DNA of 62,716 nt, the filler included, from Stramenopiles sp. TOSAG23-2 (taxonomy: Eukaryota): NCBI GenBank assembly GCA_900128395.1. It is 33 parts of 33 records of this genome, joined end to end, with 100 filler letters (N's around TTAATTAATTAA, not from the genome) between each part and the next. Parts side by side here need not be neighbours in the genome. Positions count along the whole stretch, not along the records: positions 36,286 to 38,088 come from LT652332.1; positions 38,189 to 39,990 come from LT652333.1; positions 40,091 to 41,889 come from LT652334.1; positions 41,990 to 43,785 come from LT652335.1; positions 43,886 to 45,681 come from LT652336.1; positions 45,782 to 47,576 come from LT652337.1; 27 more parts are not named here. One strand, given 5' to 3'. Positions within the stretch are counted from its first letter, which is position 1, and the number at the start of each line of letters is the position of its first letter. The translations under genes and the position numbers were made by a program. The notes beneath the pieces are model-generated. The model was given only the letters and a program-made list of their open reading frames with translations, searched no databases and had not been told where the DNA came from. Of this stretch, positions 36,286 through 47,676 are shown one piece after another.

Positions 36286-36524
36286 CTGGTACCGTAAGAA
36301 GTTCCTTCTACCCAAAAATTACCAGTGATTCCTTCTGTATCCAAGATACATTTACAAATGGTGAGATTAAATCATTTCATATGGAATGTGTGAAAAATAA
36401 TAAAGATGGAATGATGATGAAGGAACGTAATAATAATACTAGATTCATTTTTCGACCAGCATCATCACTATCATTGATAAAGGACACAACAACAGTAGCA
36501 GTTGGAAATGTTTCAAAATTATAA
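36286..36524 (+). CDS. 3' end of a gene; weak resemblance to translation-GTPase domain III
   Basis: Open frame ending RFIFRP...TTVAVGNVSKL*. Confidence 0.3.
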
Positions 36525-37168
36525 AAAAGGAAAAAACTAAGAGTATAATATGAGATACGCATGTATAATACAATACAAATCGTAATTATTTTTTTAAAAC
36601 AGGATTGGTTGATTTTTATTTTAAAATATAAATAATATGCATATTTATATATACGCGAAATAATAATATAAACACATTTACACATCTCTTAATACTAAGT
36701 CGTCGAGTGCCTCCTATAATAGCCTCGCTGCTTTGCATTTTGCACCTTTTCATCACATCACTTTATTTCCTTCAATAGACGAGAGAGACAGAAGAAGAAA
36801 AAAGGGGGGCTGCTACGCGGAAGATCATAAATTAAAATAACAGGAACACAGCACTACTTATTATTAGAAAATAATAAAAAATTGGCCCAAAAATTCTTCT
36901 AATAAAATTATATTTTATAAATAATATAGATGTATAGATGAAACAAGTTGAAATGATGTGGAAGATTCTTTTCATATATGAGATTTTATTAAAAAAGTCT
37001 CTAAAGAATATTTTTAATTGCAATCATCGTGCTCTAAAAGAAAAAAACATACTGTAGTGTGTGGAATTTCTATTCAAGAGTATATATATATATAATATTT
37101 TCAACAAAGAATTACAAATTATAATCCAGTTTTTTAAAACTATATAATTTAATAATTTGGTGAAAATA

Positions 37169-38088
37169 ATGTTACATATGATGAACACGAAAATATTACA
37201 TATAAGAGTGATATTGTTTGTAGTATTGCAATGTGTATTTATGTCTGCTATAAACGGTCAGGATGTTACTTGTAAAGCTGGTGAAGGTATTTGGAAACCA
37301 ACAGATATTCGTACATCTGGTTCACAATGTAGTGGTGTATCTAAAATAACAACAGAAGCAGAATGTAAATTAGCAGCTGAATATAATAGGAAGAATAATA
37401 TTGATAAAAATACAGGATTTGGAGGCCGAGTGAGTTGGTCGAGTTATCCACCTGGATGTGTTTATCATAGTGGTGGTTATAAATATTATTGGAATGACTA
37501 CACAAAATCAACAATAAAATGTGGTGATACACATAAATGTATCTGCAAAACAAAAACATGTAGCAACTGTCCTTCCGGTACATATCAAGACGAAACAGGT
37601 TCTACTACGTGTAAAACCTGTGCGTCTGGGACGTACAATACCGAACAAGGACAAACTACGAAATCTAGTTGCAAAACATGTGAACCTGGACATTCATGTA
37701 AAGATGCAAACAAGAACGAGCAAAAATGTCCTCCCCGTACATATCAAGACGAAACAGGTTCTACTACGTGTAAAACCTGTGCGCCTGGGACGCACAATAC
37801 CGAACAAGGACAAACTAGTTGTACTGCATGCGATCCAGGCAAGATTTCCGCAGCTGGACAGCCTAATTGCACAGCATGTCCATCAAATGCATATACTACT
37901 GATCGAAAAAAATGCGTAACATGCCCACAAGGGAAAGTCTCAATGTCTGGTGCAACTGAATGCTTTAATATGAATGGTCTTATGCAAAATATGCGTTCGT
38001 TAAGTGCACAACAAGGTGGTATCATCAAAGCTGTTGCATTATCCAATGCAAAATCCAACGAAGTGAAACAAAAAGCAAATGGTTTAAT
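37169..38088 (+). CDS. Secreted Cys-rich protein with GCC2/GCC3 (ephrin-receptor-like) repeats, 3' truncated
   Basis: Signal peptide; repeated C..CPSGTYQDETG...CK.C..GT.N motifs. Confidence 0.85.
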
Positions 38089-38188
38089 NNNNNNNNNNNN
38101 NNNNNNNNNNNNNNNNNNNNNNNNNNNNNNNNTTAATTAATTAANNNNNNNNNNNNNNNNNNNNNNNNNNNNNNNNNNNNNNNNNNNN

Positions 38189-39026
38189 GGCTACGGTAAC
38201 TGTTAATAATAATATAAATGCAAAACAATTTATAAAATGTACAGCCGATACGTTTAAAAATAAAGGCACTGTAATTACAATTGTATTAAATAATGTTATT
38301 AAATCAGATATGATGCATATTGCATGTGATCTGGCGTCTTATATAGCTTGTGCAGATGGTGGTGCAAATAGATTGCATGATGAAACACAAGGTCAAGTTG
38401 TCCCAAACGTTATTATAGGTGATTTAGATTCTTTACGTACAGATGTCAAACGATATTATGAAACAAAAAGTGATAAAACAAAAGTAATACAAGTTATCGA
38501 TCAGGATAGACATGATTTAGATAAAACATTACAACATATACATGATAATCGTGAATATATTATAACAGCAACTACCAGCACGAAAACCACAACAACAACA
38601 ACATCCAATGTTGATAATCAAAAAATTTATTTATTGGTATTAGGTGCATTAGGTGGTCGATTTGATCATGATATGGCAAATATAAATACATTATTTAAAT
38701 GGACAAAACATTTTGATTCATTAATTTTATTATCAGAGGAAAATATGGTTCAATTATTGGAACCAGGACGACATGAAATTATTCCTGATCGAAATTTAGA
38801 AGGACCAACATGTGGTTTAATTCCAATTGGTTTTCCTGTACAAAATATATCAACTAGTGGATTAAAATGGAATTTAACAAAACAAGGTTTAACTTTTGGT
38901 GGTTTAGTTAGTACATCAAATCGAATCGTAGATGAAAAAATTATTGTAGATACACCAGATGGACATTTATTATGGACAACATCTTTTTCATTAAATAATG
39001 GTAGTAGTGGTAGTAGTAAATCGTAG
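38189..39026 (+). CDS. TPK1: Thiamine pyrophosphokinase (5' truncated)
   Basis: CADGGANRL, IIGDLDS, DQD..DLDK, GALGGRFDH, CGLIPIG, TSGLKWNL, FGGLVSTSN. Confidence 0.95.
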
Positions 39027-39232
39027 AGGGCAACATGGAGGCTGGAAATAAAGTATTATGTAAATAATATTATATGAAGAATTTTTATCTTTGAGAATTT
39101 TTATATTTGATTTTATATTATTTTATTTTATTTCTCTCTCTTTTGAAATATTTATATTACATGACGAATATTTCATCAGAGGTGTTTTTTTTAAACATTT
39201 ATTTTTATTTATATGTGGGATAATTAATTTTT

Positions 39233-39895
39233 TTATTTATACACGGACATTGATGATACTACGACAAAATCTGAATTCAAAAGCAAACATGCACGATGAT
39301 ATGCATCAAATGATAGTGGTTGAGGGAATTCTTTTTTCGTACTTGGTAATTCTGTCGAACGTTGTCGTTTCGATTTTTTAAACAAGCTTGCATGTTGTAT
39401 TTTCTTTTGTCCAATACTATGAAGCCTTGTTAAGTCACCATTTAACATTTTTGACAACGTAGTATTAATTTCAACATCATATTTTTTTTTCCTTTTTTTA
39501 TTTTTTTTCTTACCTACAACTTCTTCTTTTTGTTGGATTTTTTTTTTTCGTCCCCATTCCATCATTTCTTTTTTCAAACGATTACTAACAATAGAACATA
39601 AATTATTATCTTCAATTAATGAATGAATGAATGCTTTCATTTTCCTTGGATTGATATCAGGTAAGCAAGGATCCTTGCGTATAAATTTATTGGGGATGAT
39701 TGTGGTTGTATATTGATATAATCCAGCGTCTGACCATAGTACTTTTGTTTTATGTTTCCATATTTTGACAGCATATGCATGATATGTACCAGCAAACGGT
39801 GATGTTTCTGGATATGTAATCAATACAGCATTGCCATATTTTATCTTTGTATCTTTCATATCTTTTGTTGATAAAGGTAATGTTGTTGTTGCCAT
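39233..39895 (-). CDS. Hypothetical basic protein
   Basis: Complete 220-aa ORF with a Lys-rich NLS-like tract; no family recognised. Confidence 0.5.
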   Translation of the reverse strand: MATTTLPLSTKDMKDTKIKYGNAVLITYPETSPFAGTYHAYAVKIWKHKTKVLWSDAGLYQYTTTIIPNKFIRKDPCLPDINPRKMKAFIHSLIEDNNLCSIVSNRLKKEMMEWGRKKKIQQKEEVVGKKKNKKRKKKYDVEINTTLSKMLNGDLTRLHSIGQKKIQHASLFKKSKRQRSTELPSTKKEFPQPLSFDAYHRACLLLNSDFVVVSSMSVYK

Positions 39896-40090
39896 TTTTT
39901 TTATAATATATTATTTGGGTATATATATATTATTAGTTATTTATTATATTATTATGCACCGATTTTTATATTTTTTTAGTTTTGTTTAATNNNNNNNNNN
40001 NNNNNNNNNNNNNNNNNNNNNNNNNNNNNNNNNNTTAATTAATTAANNNNNNNNNNNNNNNNNNNNNNNNNNNNNNNNNNNNNNNNNNNN

Positions 40091-40984
40091 CTTGTTGAAA
40101 ACCAAAAGAAACAATTATCTACTTCAAGCACTTTAATAAATAATCAACGGCTTAATTTTTTGATTATTGGACGTTCACAGGCATGGGACGGAAATTTAGA
40201 TGATGGATCTGCCGTTAATATTGAAATACCCAATTATGGAAACCATCATTTTTACAATGACCATAATGGTGGTTTAATAGAACATTTTTCAAATTGTCAA
40301 ATAGAAAAAGTTGATGGCTGTTTGAACTTACCCAGTTTTGCAGTTAAGAAAGCATTACGATATAAAAAAGCGATGCAAGTGCTTCATAATGATTTTCAAG
40401 TGGCAAGTATTGTTGGAGGTCTTATAGATGAAAAAGTTGATGGCTGTTTGAACTTACCCAGTTTTGCAGTTAAGAAAGCATTACGATATAAAAAAGCGAT
40501 GCAAGTGCTTCATAATGATTTTCAAGTGGCAAGTATTGTTGGAGGTCTTATAGATAAAGTCACAAGAAATGAACAGATACGACTTGCAGAGTTAAGAAAA
40601 GATAAATATAAAATTATACGGAAAATTATGTCTTTGCGAGATGAATTAGGTGCTTTTGTACCTAGCTTGCCTGCAATAAATTGGAAAAATAATCCAATAC
40701 TAAATGCTGGCGAAGAACATTTTACAAGACGAGAAAAAAAGAACAAATGGTTTGAAGCTAATAATCCAAGATGGTATGATTTCACAATAAATGAGTTACA
40801 AAATATGCTTGATATGTTGATAGATATGTGTAAAGCAAATGATTCTTTAGAAGGATTGCCTTTACAGCTGAGCAAGTTGGGAATTGTAGATTCTTCTGAT
40901 TCAAAACCACCGGAATCTGATGAAGAGCCGTTAGATCTATGTTTAGTCAAATCATTATTTGATGGTAATAATGATGATTATTAA
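40091..40984 (+). CDS. Hypothetical protein, C-terminal part, with an in-frame 126-bp duplication
   Basis: Long open frame; the segment at 40304 is repeated at 40430. Confidence 0.55.
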   Translation, partial: LVENQKKQLSTSSTLINNQRLNFLIIGRSQAWDGNLDDGSAVNIEIPNYGNHHFYNDHNGGLIEHFSNCQIEKVDGCLNLPSFAVKKALRYKKAMQVLHNDFQVASIVGGLIDEKVDGCLNLPSFAVKKALRYKKAMQVLHNDFQVASIVGGLIDKVTRNEQIRLAELRKDKYKIIRKIMSLRDELGAFVPSLPAINWKNNPILNAGEEHFTRREKKNKWFEANNPRWYDFTINELQNMLDMLIDMCKANDSLEGLPLQLSKLGIVDSSDSKPPESDEEPLDLCLVKSLFDGNNDDY

Positions 40985-41701
40985 TTTTAAAGTACGAGAG
41001 TGTGGACACTCGTGTATTATAAATTTTTTTACGTGGTTTATTATATATATATATATATATGAGGATCGTATATATGTAAAAAAAAATTTATTTAATTTTG
41101 ACACTCGTGTATTATAAATTTTTTTACGTGGTTTATTATATATATATATATATATATACGAGGATCGTATATATGTAAAAAAAAATTTATTTAATTTTGT
41201 TGTTTTTTTTGTTTTGTGTTGCTTGTGTGCTGGTTTATCGAAATTAAAATATGCTCACACATTTTCCCCTTAATTCGGGCAGCTCTATTTATATTAGCAC
41301 AGGCCTTCTGTTATATTACCTGGTACCAGGTAAATACCAGGTAATGTGTGCTTTCACATCCAGCTCTTTTCTGTCTAACTAACGTCATCGTCAACATCCG
41401 TCATCAATATAAGTATAAATATGCATATTCCCTGCCCTGAAGTGTATGGGTGTCAATAAAAAGGTGTTGTAGTTGTGGGGATTAGTGAGGAAAAAGACGT
41501 GTTAAGGTTAGGAGAGAAAAATTATTTAGTAGTATTGAGTAGAATATATTATAGTATCAAGTAGGTATTTTCCTCTAGTTAGTAATATTGTTATTTTGTT
41601 GCAACAAAGTGCACACTTCAAAGGGTGTAGGAAGATTATAGCGAAGTGGTTCCTATTCCTTAGAGTATGGATTGGTACAACGTCAAATGTCACGCGGAGA
41701 G

Positions 41702-41889
41702 GCCGTACACACCAGGGGTTATTTTTCCGTTTTTACGCCGTACACACCAGGGGCTATTCTTCCGTTTTTACGCCGTACACACCAGGGGTTATTCTTCGTT
41801 TTTTACGCCGTACACACCAGGGGTTATTCTTCGTTTTTTACGCCGTACACACCAGGGGTTATTCTTCGTTTTTTACGCCGTACACACCA
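41702..41889. repeat. 35-bp tandem minisatellite (GCCGTACACACCAGGGGTTATTCTTCGTTTTTTAC), more than 5 copies, running off the contig end
   Basis: Units start at 41702, 41737, 41772, 41807, 41842 and 41877; no unique spacers. Confidence 0.95.
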
Positions 41890-42024
41890 NNNNNNNNNNN
41901 NNNNNNNNNNNNNNNNNNNNNNNNNNNNNNNNNTTAATTAATTAANNNNNNNNNNNNNNNNNNNNNNNNNNNNNNNNNNNNNNNNNNNNCCCCCCACCCC
42001 CAATTATAATCATTCTTAACAAAG

Positions 42025-42624
42025 ATGAAAAGGCAATTAACTAAAAATCTACAAAAATATACAAAGCATATGTCCAAAATGTCTAAATTGAGAGATGTTA
42101 GTATCAACCCAACATCTGTTGAAAATTTAAATTTATCCAAATCAGAAGATTTAATATGTAAAAATTTAATGTGTGAAAAGCTTGGTGAGGTATGTATATG
42201 TAAATTAGCTCGTTGGGCATCAATAAATGGCCCGTCACTCGACAATCTTCAAGCCTTAGAATTAGAAAATAATGGTTTAACTGTCCTTCCAGACTCCGTC
42301 TTTGATTTAAATCAAATTGAATATTTAAATTTAAGTCATAACTTATTGACTAAGTTTCCTATTGGTATAGTACGTTTACAAAATTTAAAAATTTTAGATT
42401 TAAGTCATAATAAATTAATAGGTAATTTGCCTACATATATTCAAACGATGACCTACGATGATGATGATGATAGTGATGATGGAACAGTATTATTAGAACA
42501 TGCAAATGACTCAATTTTGCCAAAGTTAGAGACAATATATGTTCATAATAATGATGATTTGATTATTGAAAATAATGATAATTGGGAGTATGATAATGAG
42601 AATGGAATTGTATTTCGTTTGTAA
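42025..42624 (+). CDS. Leucine-rich repeat protein
   Basis: LQALELENNGLTVLP, LNLSHNLLTKFP, LKILDLSHNKL. Confidence 0.85.
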   Translation: MKRQLTKNLQKYTKHMSKMSKLRDVSINPTSVENLNLSKSEDLICKNLMCEKLGEVCICKLARWASINGPSLDNLQALELENNGLTVLPDSVFDLNQIEYLNLSHNLLTKFPIGIVRLQNLKILDLSHNKLIGNLPTYIQTMTYDDDDDSDDGTVLLEHANDSILPKLETIYVHNNDDLIIENNDNWEYDNENGIVFRL

Positions 42625-42965
42625 AAAGCTAATTTATAATAACGGGTGGGTTCGTATAATATTTAAAAAAAAATTAATTATTAAAATCAAAGATATATGT
42701 ACGTACGAGTAAGAAATACGACGTAGTATATTTATCAACCACACATCATATGATATACTCGTAATACAAAAAAAATGTAATACGAAGAAGTATATATAAT
42801 AAAAAAATACTCGTAATATTAAATTCTATAAAAATTTAAAAATACGAAGCGTATTTAATTTACCAGGTACATGTTACGCATGTAATTTGATTTTTTATAA
42901 GATACTCTTCAAAAGAATACATTTGTATATTAATATACGTACGTTCGTACAAGATTTCTCGCTTT

Positions 42966-43785
42966 TTACCTTCTTAATTTTTTAAATCTACCTTGACCAG
43001 GTACTGCACCTAAACGTTTTAAATGTCTATATGCTTCTCTTAAATGCCTTGGACAAATAGCACCTTTTTCTTTTTTATTTTCCATAATTACCCTTGCATG
43101 TTCAACAATATCACCAGCAAACATTTTTGCCAATCCACCAATTATAACTAATGATGCTTCATCAACTTTTTCATTTTTTTTAAACTTACGTTTATTATTA
43201 TTATTGTTACTACTACCATAAATACCCCCGCTGCCCATCATCATATTTCCACGCCTAATCAATGCATTTTCTTTTTTATTTAATACACCAGATACTAACT
43301 TTTTTACATAACGACGATTGAAACGCGAACGTCGAAAACTTTCATAACGTCTTTGTTGATCTGGTGTTAAATCATCATAAAATGCTTTAAAAGCACGTCG
43401 GTCTTCCTCTGAAACAAACTCAAAGCGATCATCAATATCATCGTCATCATCTTCACCAAAATCATCATCATCATCGTCGTCACTTTTATCATCATCACTT
43501 TCAACATCAAACCAATCATTTCCACCAGCATCATCATCTTCTTCATTTCCCTCTTCTTGCGCTTCGTTGAAATCCGTAATTTCACCTGTTGGTGCTTTTT
43601 TTGGTGCATTTATCGTCACACGTTTACGTTTTTTCGTCGCTCCTCCACCTCCTTTTCCATTGTTGTTTTTTTGCTTCTTATTAGTTTTATTATTATTAGT
43701 TTTTTTATTATTATTATTACTGTTACTGTTGTTTTTATTATTATTTGTGCTATTATTGCATGTAATTACTTTATAGCGTTTAAGG
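42966..43785 (-). CDS. TAF11: TFIID subunit 11 (histone fold), 5' truncated
   Basis: QQRRYESFRRS.F....VKKLV...IGGLAKMFAGDIVE.AR...ICPRHLREAYR. Confidence 0.9.
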
Positions 43786-44327
43786 NNNNNNNNNNNNNNN
43801 NNNNNNNNNNNNNNNNNNNNNNNNNNNNNTTAATTAATTAANNNNNNNNNNNNNNNNNNNNNNNNNNNNNNNNNNNNNNNNNNNNTATATCAAAATGCTA
43901 TTTCCATGTTCCTTAATATTATTTCCATGTTTTCCTTAAAACTTTGAAAATCACTCACGACATATATATATATATATGCATATACCAACACGGTTAAACA
44001 AAACAAAAAGTAAGAGCAAGCATTGATAACGCAACGCCATGCAAGAATCTACTCTCCACACGTCATCGTACAAACACACATATGCGACAAACCATACCAA
44101 AATATTATAATATAATACCTATATTAAACATACAACATATTTTGTACATTTATATATATATTTATCAATATCAATAAACAAAAATGACCAACTTATTAAA
44201 ATGTCAACCGTCTGTTGCATTTGTCAACGTCGATGAAAATTATAAAATTGATGAAGAAATATTTAACCAAACTATAAATCAATTAATAACGAACAATATA
44301 TATATTTATCAATATCAATAAACAAAA

Positions 44328-45326
44328 ATGACCAACTTAGTAAAAGATCAACCGTCTGTTGCATTTGTCAACGTCGATGAAAATTATAAAATTGATGAAG
44401 AAATATTTAACCAAACTATAAATCAATTAATAACGAACAAAACCGTAGTACGTCTTACATTTCATAATACTAATATTAATCATCAACATACGTATACAAT
44501 ATCACAAATGTTGATGAAAAATAATACGATTGAAATATTAAATTTAAATGAGAATTATAATATTGGTGATATAGGAACATGTAATATCACAAATGCGTTA
44601 AAATATAATCATTCTATTAAAGAAATATATTTAGATAACGTTAATATGTCTGATCAAGGTGCATGTAGTATTGGTGAATTTTTAGCTTCCTATACAGATG
44701 ATTCAACAACGAAAACAACAACAACAAACATAACACACCGAAGAACGATCAACGTGCTTTCCTTAGAATATAATGAAATTACTGATAAATGTATGTATAT
44801 AACAACGAATAATAATAATAATAATAATAAAATTTACAATCCAATAACAAGTCAACGATTTCAATATGGTTTATGTGATGGTATGTTAAAAACATCTATA
44901 AATATATTAGAATTAAATTTAAGTGGTAATGATTTAGGTAATAATGGCATAAAATATTTATGTAATGCATTATCTAATATGAAAAAAGATGGTGGTGGAA
45001 TGAAAATATTACATATCAATAGAAATCATATTACCAATCAAGGTTTTGAATATATTGCAACTATGTTATCTACAAATAATAATATTAATTTAGAAATTAT
45101 AAATTTAAATAATAATCGTATGGAACATGATGGTGAGCAGAAGAATATGATACCATGGTTACAAATGATATATGATAGTAATAATAGTAAGAAGAAGAAT
45201 TGTATGAAAGAATTATCAATACGTCATAATTTATTTGATCGTGATTCAATACAATGTATGAAAGCAAAGGTAGCATCATGGTTATCATCTAGTAATGAGT
45301 TAAGTAGAATGAAATTGAATTTGTAA
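44328..45326 (+). CDS. RNI-like leucine-rich repeat protein
   Basis: LNLNEN.IGDIG...I..ALKYN.SI..I.L..V.MSDQGA; LNLSGNDLGNNG. Confidence 0.85.
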   Translation: MTNLVKDQPSVAFVNVDENYKIDEEIFNQTINQLITNKTVVRLTFHNTNINHQHTYTISQMLMKNNTIEILNLNENYNIGDIGTCNITNALKYNHSIKEIYLDNVNMSDQGACSIGEFLASYTDDSTTKTTTTNITHRRTINVLSLEYNEITDKCMYITTNNNNNNNKIYNPITSQRFQYGLCDGMLKTSINILELNLSGNDLGNNGIKYLCNALSNMKKDGGGMKILHINRNHITNQGFEYIATMLSTNNNINLEIINLNNNRMEHDGEQKNMIPWLQMIYDSNNSKKKNCMKELSIRHNLFDRDSIQCMKAKVASWLSSSNELSRMKLNL

Positions 45327-46720
45327 AAATAATATGATAATAGTGATATAATGATTAGAAATTGGTAAAAAAATATTACAATTTGTATGAGGAAACAAAA
45401 AATTTTACACGGTTATCATCTAGTAATGAGTTAAGTAGAATGAAATTGAATTTGTAAAAATAATATGATAATAGTGATATAATGATTAGAAATTGGTAAA
45501 AAAATATTACAATTTGTATGAGGAAACAAAAAATTTTACACCGCTTACATTTTACTATCACATTTCAAGACAAATCTTTCACAACAATGATGACCACCAC
45601 CACCACAACAAGAATGTTCATATGAATCAATATCATCCTCTTCGATGATCATCTTCATCATATTGTCATTCCAAAATATTTNNNNNNNNNNNNNNNNNNN
45701 NNNNNNNNNNNNNNNNNNNNNNNNNTTAATTAATTAANNNNNNNNNNNNNNNNNNNNNNNNNNNNNNNNNNNNNNNNNNNNTGTGTCCACATTTATTCCC
45801 CCTCTAAAACTAACAAACAAAAATATTTATTTGTTCATCACTTTTCCTTCCAAAAATATCATACAGTATACTTAAACTGAACGTGGCCGTAGAAGATGAC
45901 GCCCTATCAAGGTCCCAATGTGCACATGTGTGATCATTGTTAGAGGCCGATGGAAACTTGCCAAGGCACCTGCCAAGGTAAGATTTGACTGATTGTGAGG
46001 GGCTGCATACTATATTTCAACTAGGTTTAAAATAATATTATAAAACTGCCCGTAGCATTGAAATACCATTAAGTTTATTATTTGTTGTTGTTGTTTTGTT
46101 GTTTGTTGTGTTGTTGTTTTTTATTCTATTTTTATAAATGATATTTATTTTATTTTATTTCATTTATCGTTGTTTTAATAATAATAAATGATTTGTATGT
46201 CTTAAAAAACTTCCATATATTATATTTATCTGTACAATTATTAAACTCACTATTATTAATAAATATTTCATGATTATTGTTCTATATATGTCTATCTTCT
46301 TGTTTCATCTTTTGTTCCTCGCATTCAATCGATTTGAGATGTCGTCTAACTCATCATACAATCACATATAAACATATATTTATCCCCCCCCCCGTTTAGG
46401 TTTTCGACGAGTTTCGAGATGGCGGAGAAGAAAATCCCGTCATTTACCAAAAATTAGCACCACACAGCATTGCTTATTTCATCATCATTCAAATAATGGA
46501 TTTTTTATTTTTTCGACACGTATTTATATTAAATATAGATATTGTTCTATTTTGAATGTGATGTGTTGTGTCATCTATATATACAATCGTCTAGAGATTA
46601 TGACAAAGAAAGATTATATATAACTACCATGAAGAACTTGTTTGTATCGATGAATGCCAGTATTATCATCGTATTGTTAGTGAATACATATATTATAACA
46701 TCCTTTGCCTCCAGAAATCA

Positions 46721-46954
46721 TCATATTCCTGCACCAAAAGATGGGTTCTCAAATTTTTCCAACTTATTTTGATCAATATCTTCGCTCATTGCTACCATTC
46801 CTAGGTTGCGATTTTCTTCATTTAACTTTTTAGCCCATACTGGTGTTTGATTGTTTCTCATGATAAAACTATTTCTTACACGAGGACTACCTTTTACTCG
46901 TTTCGATACACCAGGTGGTGGTGCGCGTGGGGTTCTAGATCGTCTTTTTGACAT
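46721..46954 (-). CDS. Probable 5' fragment of a gene, cut at a suspected chimeric junction
   Basis: MSKRRSRTPRAPP... start; collides with a + strand signal-peptide ORF starting at 46629. Confidence 0.35.
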   Translation of the reverse strand: MSKRRSRTPRAPPPGVSKRVKGSPRVRNSFIMRNNQTPVWAKKLNEENRNLGMVAMSEDIDQNKLEKFENPSFGAGI

Positions 46955-47676
46955 TATGTTTTATTATTATATAGTAGTGTAGTATTATTTGTAAATATTT
47001 GATAAAATATGAGGTTTTGTAACATATATATAAAATATTAATTCAATATTAGGTATGTTAAATTAATGAATCTATTAGAATATATGTATATAAATGAGTC
47101 AACTGTTCTTTTGGGTGGCTATAATAGGTACATATATATCGGACTTTTAACATTTTGTCTATCAGCAAATAAACCAATGCATGTATTATACATATTTGAT
47201 TTGTATATACATTTACATTGTACATATGCTTTTTGTCGTCAAGTGTAACAGCTCTCTTTGACAGAATAAGGTATATTTAACATTGGAATAGCATTATACA
47301 ATGTGATGGTAATTTTAATGACTTTTAACTTGTAAATGTATACCCGGAGTATTATAAGTTTCGAATTTTTTACATGAAAAAATCAACCTTTTTTCTTCCA
47401 CTTGCGCACTCCCCATCACTCAGTCTCAGCTCTCTGGCTTTTTTTTTTTTTATTTTCTCTTTAACAAGATATGTGTATATATATATATATATATATATTA
47501 CATCCTCTTTTTTGTTTTACTTTTTATTACTTTCGTTTTTCAAAAATATCTTTCAACACTGTATTTACTAACTTTGNNNNNNNNNNNNNNNNNNNNNNNN
47601 NNNNNNNNNNNNNNNNNNNNTTAATTAATTAANNNNNNNNNNNNNNNNNNNNNNNNNNNNNNNNNNNNNNNNNNNN

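Noticed and set aside
32480..38088. Defence cluster of Josephin + NACHT + Cys-rich receptor
   Set aside because: These lie on three separate contigs ordered only by length; the adjacency is artificial.
41702..41889. CRISPR array
   Set aside because: The 35-bp units are contiguous with no unique spacers; there are no cas genes and the context is eukaryotic.
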